DNA of 64,000 nt from Escherichia coli (GTDB lineage Bacteria > Pseudomonadota > Gammaproteobacteria > Enterobacterales > Enterobacteriaceae), in NCBI RefSeq assembly GCF_003334385.1, contig NZ_QOWN01000009.1; one strand, given 5' to 3'. Both the position numbers and the translations under genes were made by a program. Below the pieces are notes generated by a model. The model searched no databases, was not told where the DNA came from, and saw nothing but the letters and a program-made list of their open reading frames with translations. Below, piece after piece: positions 1-13,313 of this stretch (within the stretch, counting starts at the first letter, position 1; every line of letters starts with the position of its first letter).

Positions 1-2771
1 CACATGCTGAGGGTGCTGTCCGGGTGCAGCTCCGGGTCGGGCAGGCGGTTACCTGCCGGGTCTGTGGCATACGGGATGCGGATATCCAGATTCGCTGCGG
101 TGGTGTGAACGCCGGTCAGCCTGCCGGTGGTGCTGTAGCTGTAACTCCGGGTCTGGCGCGGGCTGCTGATGCGGATGAGTTCGCCGTTGTCGTTCCAGGT
201 GTAATCGCGGTCAGACAGCAGGCTGTTCAGGTGCTGGCTCTGTAACTGCCCGGCAGGGGTATAAGCGGTGGTGAGTTCATAACGGCCGAAGCTGCGCAGC
301 GTTTCCCGGTGCAGGCGGTCGCGGGTGTACTCCACCAGCGGTGTGTCGCCGAGTTTCATGCCTGCCAGGTAACCGCTGCCGTAGGTCAGCCATTCCACGG
401 CGGGCAGGCTGTCCGGTATACAGCGGTTCGCCAGCCCCTGCGCGTTGTACGCATGTCTGGTCTCATGCTGCCAGAGCAGTGCTTCCGTCTGCGGGTGATG
501 CACCGTCTGACGCTCACCGGTCAGCCGGCCTTTCTCATCATACCTGTAATGCACCGCCACCCGGTGCCCTTCGCTGATATGGCTGATGTCTGTCAGCCAG
601 CCACGTTCGTCATACTGCCACCGCTCTGCGGTTTCACCCTTCACGGTGCGGTGCGTGAGGCGGTCTGCTTCGTCATAGTGCCAGTGGGTGACCAGACCCT
701 CATCCTCGCTGCGGATAAGTTTGCCGGTCAGGTCGTGGTGATAACGCTGTGTGCGGCCGTCAAAGCCGGTTTCCTGTATCAGCCGGTCAAGTACATCGTA
801 ACGGAAGGTGGTGTGGCTGCCGTTTTCACTGGTCAGGCGGATGACCCGTCCGGCAGCATCGTATTCCATACTGCGCGTCAGCCCGCCCTGCGTGGTACGG
901 ACGGCCTTTCCCCACGCATCGTACTGTGTCCCGTTTCTGCTGCCGTCCGGGGCAATGACGGCGGTCAGGTCACCGGCGATGTTGTATTCATACCGCGTTT
1001 CATGGCCCTGCGTGTCTTTCACGGCAATTAACTGTCCACGGCTGTCGTATGCGCGGTACTGACTCAGCCCTTCCTCGCGGTGCACCGCCGTCATCTGCCC
1101 GAAGCGGTCATGGTCATAACGGGTTACATAACCGGAACAGTCGGTGAAGCTCAGCAACTGACCGTAACGGCTCCACGTCATGGTTTTCCGGCTGCCGGTG
1201 GCATCTTCCGTTGCGCAGGGTAAGTCACTGTGTGGATTATCATAACGGTAGCGGGTGATATCGCCGTCAGGGGCAGTTTCCTGAATCAGACGGCCCAATT
1301 CATCATATTCCCGGCGCAATTCCAGCCCGTCAGGCCCGGTGGCTGACGTTAACTGGTTGTGGTGGTTATAGTAAAACGCCGATGCCCTGCCATCCGGCGT
1401 GGTTATGCGCGTGATGAGGCCCGTCACCACATCCGGGCTGTACTCTGTTGTCCTGCCTGCGGCATCCGTCTGTGCCCTGAGCCTGCCCACGGCGTCAAAC
1501 TGACTCTGCGTGACGCTGCCGTCCGCGTGTTCCTTTTTCACCACCCGCTTCAGCCCGGCTTCGCCCTGCGTGTGCAGGACTTCACGGCGGTTCAGGCTGT
1601 CGGTGATGGTGATGCGGTCCTTCTCATACTGATACGTGTAACTTAAGCCTGCCGGGTTTAGCTGTTCTGTCACCCGCCCGTCGCTGTCGTAACGGTAACA
1701 GATTTCCGGTCGGCCCGTGTGACGGTGCGCCACCATCCGGCCCCGGTATTTATCATCGTAAGTAAAGCTGCGCACCTGTGTATTGCTGCGGTCATACACC
1801 GCCGCCAGTTCGCCGCGGGGCGTCCAGCCATAGCGCACCAGCGGCGCGGCAGGTAAATTCTCCGGGTATTCCGGGTCGTGCGTCAGCCACACGGCAGACA
1901 GACGGATGCCGTTGTCCCGGCCATATTCGGTGTAACCCGGCAGGGTATCAGGAAAAGCGGACGGTTCCGTCCCGCCGGAAATGGCCTGCTGCCGGGCTTC
2001 TTCTGCCCGCTGCGCCTGCGTGGTCAGTACCAGCCGGAAGTGACGCCAGGCACCATCCGTCACGCCGGTGATTTCGCCGCTGAATTCACCGGCGGCTTCG
2101 CGGTGGAACGTCTGTGTGCGCCCGAAGCGGTCCACCAGCCCGGTCAGTACCCGGTACGGCGGCAGCGGCGCAGGCAGCACCTCATCCGCTTCCGGCACCC
2201 GCTCACACCAACCGAGCAGCCACCACGGCCCCTGCGGACTGTTTGTCGCCAGATAACGATGCGGACTTAAGCGGAGTTCTTCCGGCAGCGCCTGCCAGAG
2301 TGCGGCCAGCCGGTGACCTTCATCCAGTTTCGCCACGCCGCCGCGCACCAGCCACAGTGACTCGCTGCGGCTGTAACCGTCCTCACCGGGAAACAGGTGC
2401 TCAAAATACAGGCTTCTGCCGCCGTTATCACTGAGTATCAGTGTGTTATCGCGCAGCTGTAAGCGGATATCCGCAGGCATTTTCCAGCCGGGGCCGAGGC
2501 TCCCCACCGGCGCGGGCGTTTTTGTCCGGTAACTGCTGTAGGTGCGGGAGAGGATGAACGGCAGCGGGCCGGGCAGGGCGATGTCGGTTTCACCGGGAAG
2601 GACCTTTGCACCGAGCAGGGGATTGACCGGATGGCCGGACGTCACTCCGCCGGGGCACACCGAACAGGCCACGCCGGTGGGGGCACCAATACGTACCCCG
2701 GCTGAACCCTGAACAATGCTACCGCCATACTGCGTCATGTCACCCTGACGCGCCGCCGGTTTTCCGCTCAT
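1..2771 (-). CDS. rhsB: Rhs-family polymorphic toxin core protein, N-terminal part only (runs off the window start)
   Basis: Hand translation of the minus strand from the ATG at 2771..2769 gives MSGKPAARQGDMTQYGGSIVQGSAGVRIGAP..., the conserved Rhs N-terminus. No minus-strand ORF with an in-window stop is listed for 1..2771, consistent with one long frame leaving the window. Position directly downstream of nikR matches rhsB in E. coli. Confidence 0.75.
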   Translation of the reverse strand, partial: MSGKPAARQGDMTQYGGSIVQGSAGVRIGAPTGVACSVCPGGVTSGHPVNPLLGAKVLPGETDIALPGPLPFILSRTYSSYRTKTPAPVGSLGPGWKMPADIRLQLRDNTLILSDNGGRSLYFEHLFPGEDGYSRSESLWLVRGGVAKLDEGHRLAALWQALPEELRLSPHRYLATNSPQGPWWLLGWCERVPEADEVLPAPLPPYRVLTGLVDRFGRTQTFHREAAGEFSGEITGVTDGAWRHFRLVLTTQAQRAEEARQQAISGGTEPSAFPDTLPGYTEYGRDNGIRLSAVWLTHDPEYPENLPAAPLVRYGWTPRGELAAVYDRSNTQVRSFTYDDKYRGRMVAHRHTGRPEICYRYDSDGRVTEQLNPAGLSYTYQYEKDRITITDSLNRREVLHTQGEAGLKRVVKKEHADGSVTQSQFDAVGRLRAQTDAAGRTTEYSPDVVTGLITRITTPDGRASAFYYNHHNQLTSATGPDGLELRREYDELGRLIQETAPDGDITRYRYDNPHSDLPCATEDATGSRKTMTWSRYGQLLSFTDCSGYVTRYDHDRFGQMTAVHREEGLSQYRAYDSRGQLIAVKDTQGHETRYEYNIAGDLTAVIAPDGSRNGTQYDAWGKAVRTTQGGLTRSMEYDAAGRVIRLTSENGSHTTFRYDVLDRLIQETGFDGRTQRYHHDLTGKLIRSEDEGLVTHWHYDEADRLTHRTVKGETAERWQYDERGWLTDISHISEGHRVAVHYRYDEKGRLTGERQTVHHPQTEALLWQHETRHAYNAQGLANRCIPDSLPAVEWLTYGSGYLAGMKLGDTPLVEYTRDRLHRETLRSFGRYELTTAYTPAGQLQSQHLNSLLSDRDYTWNDNGELIRISSPRQTRSYSYSTTGRLTGVHTTAANLDIRIPYATDPAGNRLPDPELHPDSTLSM

Positions 2772-2973
2772 CGTAAAATCCTTTTCTATTATTTTAATGA
2801 CAGTATCTTCATACGAAAAAGCGAAGAAAAACTTGTGGTCACAATGAATTGAAGATTTTTAGGAATATATTTAGAACGTTACAAAAGAGAAGGTTCGGAT
2901 AGGGTATTTAGAGAGGAATCAGGTGTGCTAGTGGCCCTTTGTTGATCGTTCACCAAAGGACCCAATAATAGAC

Positions 2974-5777
<2,804 letters not shown>

Positions 5778-5781
<4 letters not shown>

Positions 5782-6722
5782 GCGTGCGCTCCTTCATGAC
5801 GACGAATGCGCGGGTCCAGCGCGGCGTTGAGCAAATCGACAATCAAATTACAGACCACAAAAACCACCACCATCATCAGCGTAAAGCACTGGATCACCGG
5901 ATAGTCACGGTTAAAAATCGCCGACACCGCATAGCGCCCGACGCCCGGCCAGGCAAAGATGTTTTCGATAATCATCGTCCCGCCAATCAGTTCGCCGATA
6001 TGCATCCCCACGGCGGTGATCATCGGCAGCGAGGCATTGCGCAGGATGTGGCGACGTTCGGTCTGTTTGTCGTTCAGGCCGCGCAGACGCGCCCAGGTGA
6101 CGTGACGCTGACCGGCGACGTCCAGCATACTGGCGCGCAGTAAACGCGCGTTAATCGCCAGCGACATAAAGGCAATGGAAACCGCAGGCAAAATGATGTG
6201 CTGCCAGCCGCCGTAACCCATCGCGGGTAGCCATTGCAGATACACCGAAAACGCCATCACCAGTAAAAACGCCAGCCAGAAGTTAGGCATCGACACGCCA
6301 AGAAACGCGATGAAACGTACGGCGAAATCCGGCAGACGGTCGCGATGGCGCGCCGCCCAGATACCGAGCGGTACGGAAGTGAGCAGAATTAATACCAGCG
6401 CCGCACCTGCAAGTTCCAGCGTGGCGGGCAGGAAGTTCAGCATATCGTCCAGTACCGGGCGTTGGCTGGCGAATGAGATACCAAAGTCAAGATGCAGCGC
6501 CTTCCACAACCAGGTGCCGTACTGGACGTACAGCGGCTGATCCAGTCCCAGCATGGTGCGGGTAGAGGCCAGCATCTCCGGCGTCGGCGGCAGGTTAGAC
6601 AGACGCAAATAATCGAGCGCCGGGTCGCCGGTACCGAGGCGCAGCATCAGAAAAATGATCACCGAGGCGGCGAGCACCATCGGGATCAGCAGCAGAAAGC
6701 GGCGTAATACGTAACGCAACAT
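5778..6722 (-). CDS. nikB: Nickel ABC transporter permease NikB
   Basis: 314 aa hydrophobic ORF, binding-protein-dependent permease family; operon position. Confidence 0.93.
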
Positions 6723-8296
6723 TAAGGTTTCACCGGTTTAATCTGTTCGAACGGAATTTCGGTGGCGATCGGCGCGTAGGGGATGTTACCCAGCTCCGGT
6801 TTTGATACCACCATCATTGAGATGTAACTGATAGGCAGATAAACCGCCTCGTCATGCAGACGGGTCAGAATGTCGCGATACAGCGCCTGACGTTGCGTTT
6901 CGTCATGGGTCGCCAGCACTTCGCCGATCTCTTTATCAATCAGCGGTTTGTCGGCTAATCCTTGCTGTGCCTGGAAGTCAGCGTGTGACGGTACGCGCAT
7001 TGAACTGAGGAAGGCGTGTGGATCATATGGCGCGCCCCAGGTGCGGTGGAAAATCATGCCAAAACGACCGTCGCGCTGACGAGCATAGATACTGCTCTCT
7101 TCTTCGCCAATCAGCGAGACATCTGCGCCAATCTGGCGCATATCAGCCTGAATGATTTCCGCCATCGATTTGCTTAACGCATCGGTGCCGATGAACGAAA
7201 GTTCAATGCGCAGCGGCTGACCATTTTTCTCGCGGATGTCTTTGCCCGCAGGCAGCGTCCAACCGGCTTTTTCCAGCAACGCTTTCGCTTTTTGCGGATC
7301 GTACTGGCTCGGTTTCAGGCCGAGGTTGGCGTAGGGCACAGAAGGGGCAAACAGGGTGTCGGCGACCTGCTGGGTGCCATACAACGCGTTATCAATCAGC
7401 GATTTTTTGTTTACCGCGTAATTAAGAGCTTCACGTACTGCCAGCTCGTTGGTGGGGGCTTTGGCGGTATTGAGCGCCAGCATCACGGTTTCGATCGGCT
7501 GTGACAGTTGGGTGTGGTAAGCCGGATTCTGGCTAAAGCGGGCGAAGGTATCGAGCGGTAATAACCCTTCGTTTCCGTACAGCAGGTCGATATCGCCAGT
7601 TTCAAACGCCACCGCGCGGGTAGTCGGGTCCGGGATGACGTTAAAGGTGATCTTTTTAATCGCTGGCTTTTCGCCCCAGTAGTTTTCGTTACGGACGAAG
7701 ACATCGTACTGATTCAGTTTCGATTCCTGCAAAATCCACGGTCCGGTGCCAATCGGCGCTTTAATTCCGTTCATGGTTTCATGGTTTTTAAACTGCGAGG
7801 GAGCGATAAAACGGAAAGGACGGGGCAGGGCCAGTTCTTGCAGGAAAGGATAGTAGGCGCTTTTCAGGGTAATTTGCAGCTCTGTTTTACTGAGTGCTTT
7901 AACATCAACAATCTGGTTTGCCAGCTCCAGCCAGGCGTGACGTTGACGGTTATCGAGCACTGCGCGGAAGTTTTCTGCCGCCGCCTCGGCATCGAACGGT
8001 TCACCGTTGGAGAATTTCACGTCATCACGCAGGGTGAAGGTCCAGGTTTTACCATCTTCTGAATGAGTCCAGCTTTTTGCCAGCCACGGGATCACCGAAC
8101 CGTCTGCCTGATATTTCACCAATGGTTCATAAACCATGCTCTGGGCGAACATCTGGTTAGGCGTGTAAAGGTGCGGGTTTAGTGGCCCGACATTCACCGG
8201 CCAGGCGGTGGTGATTTCATCTGGTGCAGCGGCATGGACGATAAAAGACGCACAAGCCAGCAGCGCAAATAGAGTGCGGCGGAGTGTGGAGAGCAT
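6722..8296 (-). CDS. nikA: Periplasmic nickel-binding protein NikA
   Basis: 524 aa ORF with signal peptide [24 protein letters not shown]; family 5 solute-binding protein; first gene of nikABCDE-nikR. Confidence 0.95.
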
Positions 8297-8344
8297 GGTA
8301 ACCCCAATGGATTAAAATAGATGGCGGAAATAAGTATGACGATT

Positions 8345-8372
8345 TTAAGTATTCGTCATACTGATTACCTGT
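8345..8372 (-). promoter_or_regulatory. NikR operator in the nikA promoter: GTATGA-N16-TCATAC inverted repeat
   Basis: gtatgacgattttaagtattcgtcatac read directly about 50-75 bp upstream of the nikA start; matches the known NikR operator architecture. Confidence 0.8.
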
Positions 8373-8406
8373 TCTGGATCAATAGATGGGCAGTCGGGTG
8401 GGCGGA

Positions 8407-8994
8407 TCAGTTAACTGAATCGATCCATTGCACACTGTCGGCGGTGAGCGTAAAGGGAGTAGGGGTGCAGATCGCAAGGCTTAAATTTTCAAGCTGACAA
8501 TGGCTGACTGACAGCGAGGAGTGATAGGTGCTGTCTACGCTGACGATTTGCCAGGCGCTGCCGCCACGCTGTTTAACGATGGCTTCTTTGCGCGTCCAGA
8601 TGCGCCAGAACATTTCCAGTTGCTGATCAGGATGCACGGCGTCCATCTCAGCGTGTTCCCCGAGGCTGAATACGGCGTTCGCCAGCCAGCGCCAGTTGGC
8701 GCGCGGGCGAATCACTTCGATATCGCAGCCGACTTCGCCTTCATCACTCAACAGCAGGGCGATATCGTCACCGCTATGGCTTAAGTTGAACCATAGCGGC
8801 ATTTCCGGCGCAAATGCAGGTTTGCCTTGTTCGCCATAGATGATCTCCGGTAGCGGGGAAAGCGTGTGCGAAAGCAATGCACGCCCCGCCAGCCAGCGTT
8901 CGCGTCGTGGACCTTGCGGTGCTTGCTCGCGTAAACCCGGTGGCAGTGGAGCTGCGCTTAAGGTCGAAACTTTCCCCAGAACTATCCGATACAT
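8407..8994 (-). CDS. acpT: 4'-phosphopantetheinyl transferase AcpT
   Basis: 195 aa ORF MYRIVLGKVSTLSAAPLPPGLREQ...; synteny between nikA and yhhT. Confidence 0.9.
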   Translation of the reverse strand: MYRIVLGKVSTLSAAPLPPGLREQAPQGPRRERWLAGRALLSHTLSPLPEIIYGEQGKPAFAPEMPLWFNLSHSGDDIALLLSDEGEVGCDIEVIRPRANWRWLANAVFSLGEHAEMDAVHPDQQLEMFWRIWTRKEAIVKQRGGSAWQIVSVDSTYHSSLSVSHCQLENLSLAICTPTPFTLTADSVQWIDSVN

Positions 8995-9048
8995 ATCAGG
9001 GCCAACGTTTAATGGAAAATGAAAGTGCGTATCGTATCACTTGTCGCC

Positions 9049-10098
9049 TCATCCCGGTAACCGACTTTTCGGTCTGCCCGGCCCCAGTAAAATCGCCAGT
9101 TTGCTACCGCCTTTGGTGGTTTCCATCCAGATTTTACACACGCTGGTTAATGGCACCGAAAGTAGCATCCCTACCGGGCCGAGCAGCCATCCCCAAATTA
9201 ACAATGAAAGAAATACCACCATGGTGGACATCCCCAGGCGATGGCCCATCATCCGTGGTTCTAAAATATTGCCGATGACCATATGGACCACTAAAAACAA
9301 TGCGCCGACCAGAATACATTCGTAAACACCATTAAACAGCAGCACCTGAATCATTGGCGGTACGGCGGAAATTACCGCGCCGATATTGGGCACGTAGTTG
9401 AGCAAAAACGCCAGTACTGCCCACATCAGCGCAAACTGCACCCCCATCAGCTCCAGCCCCAGCCAGACGATGACACCTGTCCATAAACTGAGTAGCGTCT
9501 TCAATGCAAGATAGTGCGAAACGCCTTTAAGTGCGCGGTGTAATCCCGCGATGTGAATCTGTGGATTATTCAGCGCAAAACGCATTTTGTAAGGGACGTG
9601 GCGCACTTCAAACAGCATAAAAACTACGGTCATCACCAGCAAAAGCACGCTCGCCATTGCCCCGGAAAGCCCGGTCATTAGCGCTGTGGTGAAGGTAACC
9701 ACTTTTTCCGAGTCCATCCGCTGCAGCATTCGCTCCGGCGACATATGCAAATTAAGAAAAGGCAACATCTCCTGCAATTTAAAAAGTTTGCGCGTCAGCT
9801 CCTTATTAAACTTCGGCAGCATAGAGATAAATTCGTTAAACGATGCCGCCAGTACGCCGACCAGCGCGGTTAGTGCGATCAGCATCACCACCACTACAAT
9901 CGTAATGGCAACGGGGCGTTGTACTCCCCGACGAATAAACCAGGTGACGAGCGGGTTGAGGACGATGGCAAAAAACAGCGCCAGTAACAGCTGCACAATG
10001 ATATCTGCCGCTGCGTGAATGCCCGCGAGGATCACTACCAGCGAGGCCAGCTTGAGCAGAATGTGCATGCCCGTTTTATCGGGTTGAGGGGTTTCCAT
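9049..10098 (-). CDS. yhhT: AI-2E family (PerM-like) inner-membrane transporter
   Basis: Track ORF 9049..10179 is polytopic membrane protein; start trimmed to the internal METPQPDKTGMHILL... giving 349 aa; synteny. Confidence 0.85.
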   Translation of the reverse strand: METPQPDKTGMHILLKLASLVVILAGIHAAADIIVQLLLALFFAIVLNPLVTWFIRRGVQRPVAITIVVVVMLIALTALVGVLAASFNEFISMLPKFNKELTRKLFKLQEMLPFLNLHMSPERMLQRMDSEKVVTFTTALMTGLSGAMASVLLLVMTVVFMLFEVRHVPYKMRFALNNPQIHIAGLHRALKGVSHYLALKTLLSLWTGVIVWLGLELMGVQFALMWAVLAFLLNYVPNIGAVISAVPPMIQVLLFNGVYECILVGALFLVVHMVIGNILEPRMMGHRLGMSTMVVFLSLLIWGWLLGPVGMLLSVPLTSVCKIWMETTKGGSKLAILLGPGRPKSRLPG

Positions 10099-10229
10099 TG
10101 GGGCTTCCTTGTGACTTTTTGTATTAAGTGTAGCGGGAGTCACGCCAGCAATATTCTGATTCTTACTGCTGATTTTCACGTCAGCACGTGGTAAAAATGA
10201 AACACTGTTGTAAAAATGTGGTGATCCTC

Positions 10230-11447
10230 ATGCCCGAACCCGTAGCCGAACCCGCGCTAAACGGATTGCGCCTGAATTTGCGCATTGTCTCTATAGTCAT
10301 GTTTAACTTCGCCAGCTACCTCACCATCGGGTTGCCGCTCGCTGTATTACCGGGCTATGTCCATGATGTGATGGGCTTTAGCGCCTTCTGGGCAGGATTG
10401 GTTATCAGCCTGCAATATTTCGCCACCTTGCTGAGCCGCCCTCATGCCGGACGTTACGCCGATTCGCTGGGACCCAAAAAGATTGTCGTCTTCGGTTTAT
10501 GCGGCTGCTTTTTGAGCGGTCTGGGGTATCTGACGGCAGGATTAACCGCCAGTCTGCCTGTCATCAGCCTGTTATTACTTTGCCTGGGGCGCGTCATCCT
10601 TGGGATTGGGCAAAGTTTTGCCGGAACGGGATCGACCCTATGGGGCGTTGGCGTGGTTGGCTCGCTGCATATCGGGCGGGTGATTTCGTGGAACGGCATT
10701 GTCACTTACGGGGCGATGGCGATGGGTGCGCCGTTAGGCGTCGTGTTTTATCACTGGGGCGGCTTGCAGGCGTTAGCGTTAATCATTATGGGCGTGGCGC
10801 TGGTGGCCATTTTGTTGGCGATCCCGCGTCCGACGGTAAAAGCCAGTAAAGGCAAACCGCTGCCGTTTCGCGCGGTGCTTGGGCGCGTCTGGCTGTACGG
10901 TATGGCGCTGGCACTGGCTTCCGCCGGATTTGGCGTCATCGCCACCTTTATCACGCTGTTTTATGACGCTAAAGGTTGGGACGGTGCGGCTTTCGCGCTG
11001 ACGCTGTTTAGCTGTGCGTTTGTCGGTACGCGTTTGTTATTCCCTAACGGCATTAACCGTATCGGTGGCTTAAACGTAGCGATGATTTGCTTTAGCGTTG
11101 AGATAATCGGCCTGCTACTGGTTGGCGTGGCGACTATGCCGTGGATGGCGAAAATCGGCGTCTTACTGGCGGGGGCCGGGTTTTCGCTGGTGTTCCCGGC
11201 ATTGGGTGTAGTGGCGGTAAAAGCGGTTCCGCAGCAAAATCAGGGGGCGGCGCTGGCAACTTACACCGTATTTATGGATTTATCGCTTGGCGTGACTGGA
11301 CCACTGGCTGGGCTGGTGATGAGCTGGGCGGGCGTACCGGTGATTTATCTGGCGGCGGCGGGACTGGTCGCAATCGCGTTATTACTGACGTGGCGATTAA
11401 AAAAACGGCCTCCGGAACACGTCCCTGAGGCCGCCTCATCATCTTAA
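10230..11447 (+). CDS. yhhS: MFS transporter YhhS
   Basis: Track ORF 10188..11447; start trimmed to MPEPVAEPALNGLRL... (405 aa); 12-TM MFS-like hydrophobic profile; divergent from yhhT. Confidence 0.88.
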   Translation: MPEPVAEPALNGLRLNLRIVSIVMFNFASYLTIGLPLAVLPGYVHDVMGFSAFWAGLVISLQYFATLLSRPHAGRYADSLGPKKIVVFGLCGCFLSGLGYLTAGLTASLPVISLLLLCLGRVILGIGQSFAGTGSTLWGVGVVGSLHIGRVISWNGIVTYGAMAMGAPLGVVFYHWGGLQALALIIMGVALVAILLAIPRPTVKASKGKPLPFRAVLGRVWLYGMALALASAGFGVIATFITLFYDAKGWDGAAFALTLFSCAFVGTRLLFPNGINRIGGLNVAMICFSVEIIGLLLVGVATMPWMAKIGVLLAGAGFSLVFPALGVVAVKAVPQQNQGAALATYTVFMDLSLGVTGPLAGLVMSWAGVPVIYLAAAGLVAIALLLTWRLKKRPPEHVPEAASSS

Positions 11448-11450
11448 AAC

Positions 11451-12008
11451 TTACTGAATAACCAGCGTATTAATGATGTTTTCTGCGGTGGTCTGCGCTT
11501 TTTGCTGATCGTCAGCGGGCAGCGTAATTTGCATGGTCAGCAGTTGATTACCCACGTTACCCAGAATAACGGAAGAGTACGCCGTCTGGCCTTTCGCGGA
11601 GATAATACTGTCTAACTGCTGCATTTTGTGACCTTTCAGCTCAATGGCTTTATTGGTTACCACTTGCAGCTGCGGATCGCGGCTACGTTGCTGATCTTCC
11701 AGACGCTTCGCCAGCACCGCCAGATCTTCTTTCGGATCATCGCCCATGATGACGATGACTGCTTTCTGCCCGGTGGCGTCGGACCAGACATGCATGTTAT
11801 TGGCCTGCGTTCCCAGCTTACCGCTCTGGTCGGTCATATCCGCTGGCAGCGAGAAACTTAACTTGCCATCAAGCAGGTTGACGGGATTCCCGGTAGCGTT
11901 ACTTTCCGCGACCGAACCCTGCGCCGTAGCGTTAGTGTCTTTATCATCACAGGCCGCAAGCCCCATAACCAGCAGGCCAATTCCGACATATTTAACCAGA
12001 TTGCGCAT
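11451..12008 (-). CDS. dcrB: Periplasmic lipoprotein DcrB
   Basis: Track ORF 11451..12062; start trimmed to [20 protein letters not shown] (lipobox LAAC), 185 aa. Confidence 0.88.
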
Positions 12009-12080
12009 TGACTTCTTCCTTTCGATAAACGGCCATAACGGCTCATTCATCCATCTTATCACAACTCTGATAACGAACCT

Positions 12081-12746
12081 TTAACTCGCCTGCAAAGCGT
12101 TGATTTCGGATTTATCTGCCAGTCTTTTCAACAGCATATTGAGTAATACGCCATACATTGGCAGGAAGAAAACGATACTGATTAACACTTTGAAACAGTA
12201 ATCGACCAGCGCGATTTCCATCCAGTGTTCAGCCATAAAGGCATCCGGGCTACGCCAGAAGGCAATGAAGAAAAAGGCCAGCGTGTCGCTGACGTTACCG
12301 AACAGTGTGGACGCTGTCGGTGCCAGCCACCAGCGGCGACTCTGACGCAGGCGGTTAAAAACGTGCACGTCGAGGATTTGCCCCAGCGCGTAGGCCATGA
12401 AACTGGCGGTGGCGATACGGGCGACAAACAGGTTGAAGTGGGCGAGTGCGCCGAATCCCTGCCAGGAACCCATATAGAATAGCGACGAGATGACGTAGGA
12501 GATTAATAACGCAGGGATCATTACCGCGAAGATAATGCGTCGGGCCAGCGGTGCGCCAAAAATACGCACGGTCAGGTCGGTAGCAAGAAAAATAAACGGA
12601 AAGCTAAACGCGCCCCAGGTGGTATGGAAACCCAAAATGGAGACGGGAAGCTGAACCAGATAGTTACTGGAGGTGATCACCAGCAGATGAAATAACGATA
12701 ACCAGAACAACGCCTTATAGCGTTGAGTTTGCGAGAAAACGTTCAT
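12081..12746 (-). CDS. yhhQ: Queuosine-precursor transporter family inner-membrane protein YhhQ
   Basis: 221 aa hydrophobic ORF MNVFSQTQRYKALFWLSLFHLLVITSSNYLVQLP...; synteny. Confidence 0.88.
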   Translation of the reverse strand: MNVFSQTQRYKALFWLSLFHLLVITSSNYLVQLPVSILGFHTTWGAFSFPFIFLATDLTVRIFGAPLARRIIFAVMIPALLISYVISSLFYMGSWQGFGALAHFNLFVARIATASFMAYALGQILDVHVFNRLRQSRRWWLAPTASTLFGNVSDTLAFFFIAFWRSPDAFMAEHWMEIALVDYCFKVLISIVFFLPMYGVLLNMLLKRLADKSEINALQAS

Positions 12747-12966
12747 ATTGTACCTTTTTGATTAACCATTGGGGTGAGGGAACCCAATACGTACGACACG
12801 TCTGTTACCTTAACATAATAACGTGCTTACCCTTTTTTCGAGCCGCCGCATGATACTGCTTTACGTTGACAATGCAATGGTTAATTTTCACGCAATCGTT
12901 AACCTAGTTTGCTTACGGACTCACAGGGCGTAAACTAGCGCCGTTTTTTTAAGTGATGAGAAGAAA

Positions 12967-13212
12967 ATGACCGATCTCTTTTCCAGCCCTGACCACACAC
13001 TCGACGCGCTTGGCCTGCGCTGCCCGGAACCGGTGATGATGGTGCGCAAAACCGTGCGCAATATGCAGCCTGGCGAAACGTTGCTGATTATCGCCGACGA
13101 TCCGGCCACTACCCGCGATATTCCTGGGTTTTGTACCTTTATGGAACACGAACTGGTTGCTAAAGAGACGGATGGACTGCCTTATCGTTATTTGATTCGT
13201 AAAGGCGGTTGA
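12967..13212 (+). CDS. tusA: Sulfur carrier protein TusA
   Basis: 81 aa [31 protein letters not shown]... with the conserved CPxP motif. Confidence 0.95.
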
Positions 13213-13243
13213 TAGGGGCTGATTGGCTTCGATGCCGCCTTTT

Positions 13244-13306
13244 CCCCTCACCCTAACCCTCTCCCCAGAGGGGCGAGGGGACCGATCGCGCTCAATGTTG
13301 CGATCG
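13244..13306. repeat. GC-rich imperfect palindromic intergenic element plus a second hairpin, between convergent tusA and zntA; probable bidirectional terminator
   Basis: cccctcaccctaaccctctccccagaggggcgaggggac followed by cgatcgc-N10-gcgatcg, read directly. Family assignment (boxC-like) is from memory and uncertain. Confidence 0.5.
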
Positions 13307-13313
13307 GTTTGCC

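Noticed and set aside
309-1031. 240-aa plus-strand ORF and neighbouring plus-strand ORFs within 1..2771
   Set aside because: The minus strand here encodes the conserved Rhs protein; the plus-strand frames are GC-rich antisense artefacts.
9049-10179. N-terminally extended track ORFs (yhhT, yhhS, dcrB, yhhL, ftsX, livJ, livK, livF, ugpC, ggt, yhhY, gntK, asd, glgC, glpD, glpE)
   Set aside because: The extensions start at upstream in-frame ATG/GTG/TTG codons; internal starts give the expected signal peptides and conserved N-termini, so the shorter coordinates were used.
12930-12960. Short hairpin plus T-run (ggcg-taaactag-cgcc-gttttttt) just upstream of tusA
   Set aside because: Only a 4-bp stem; could be a leader structure but too weak to call.
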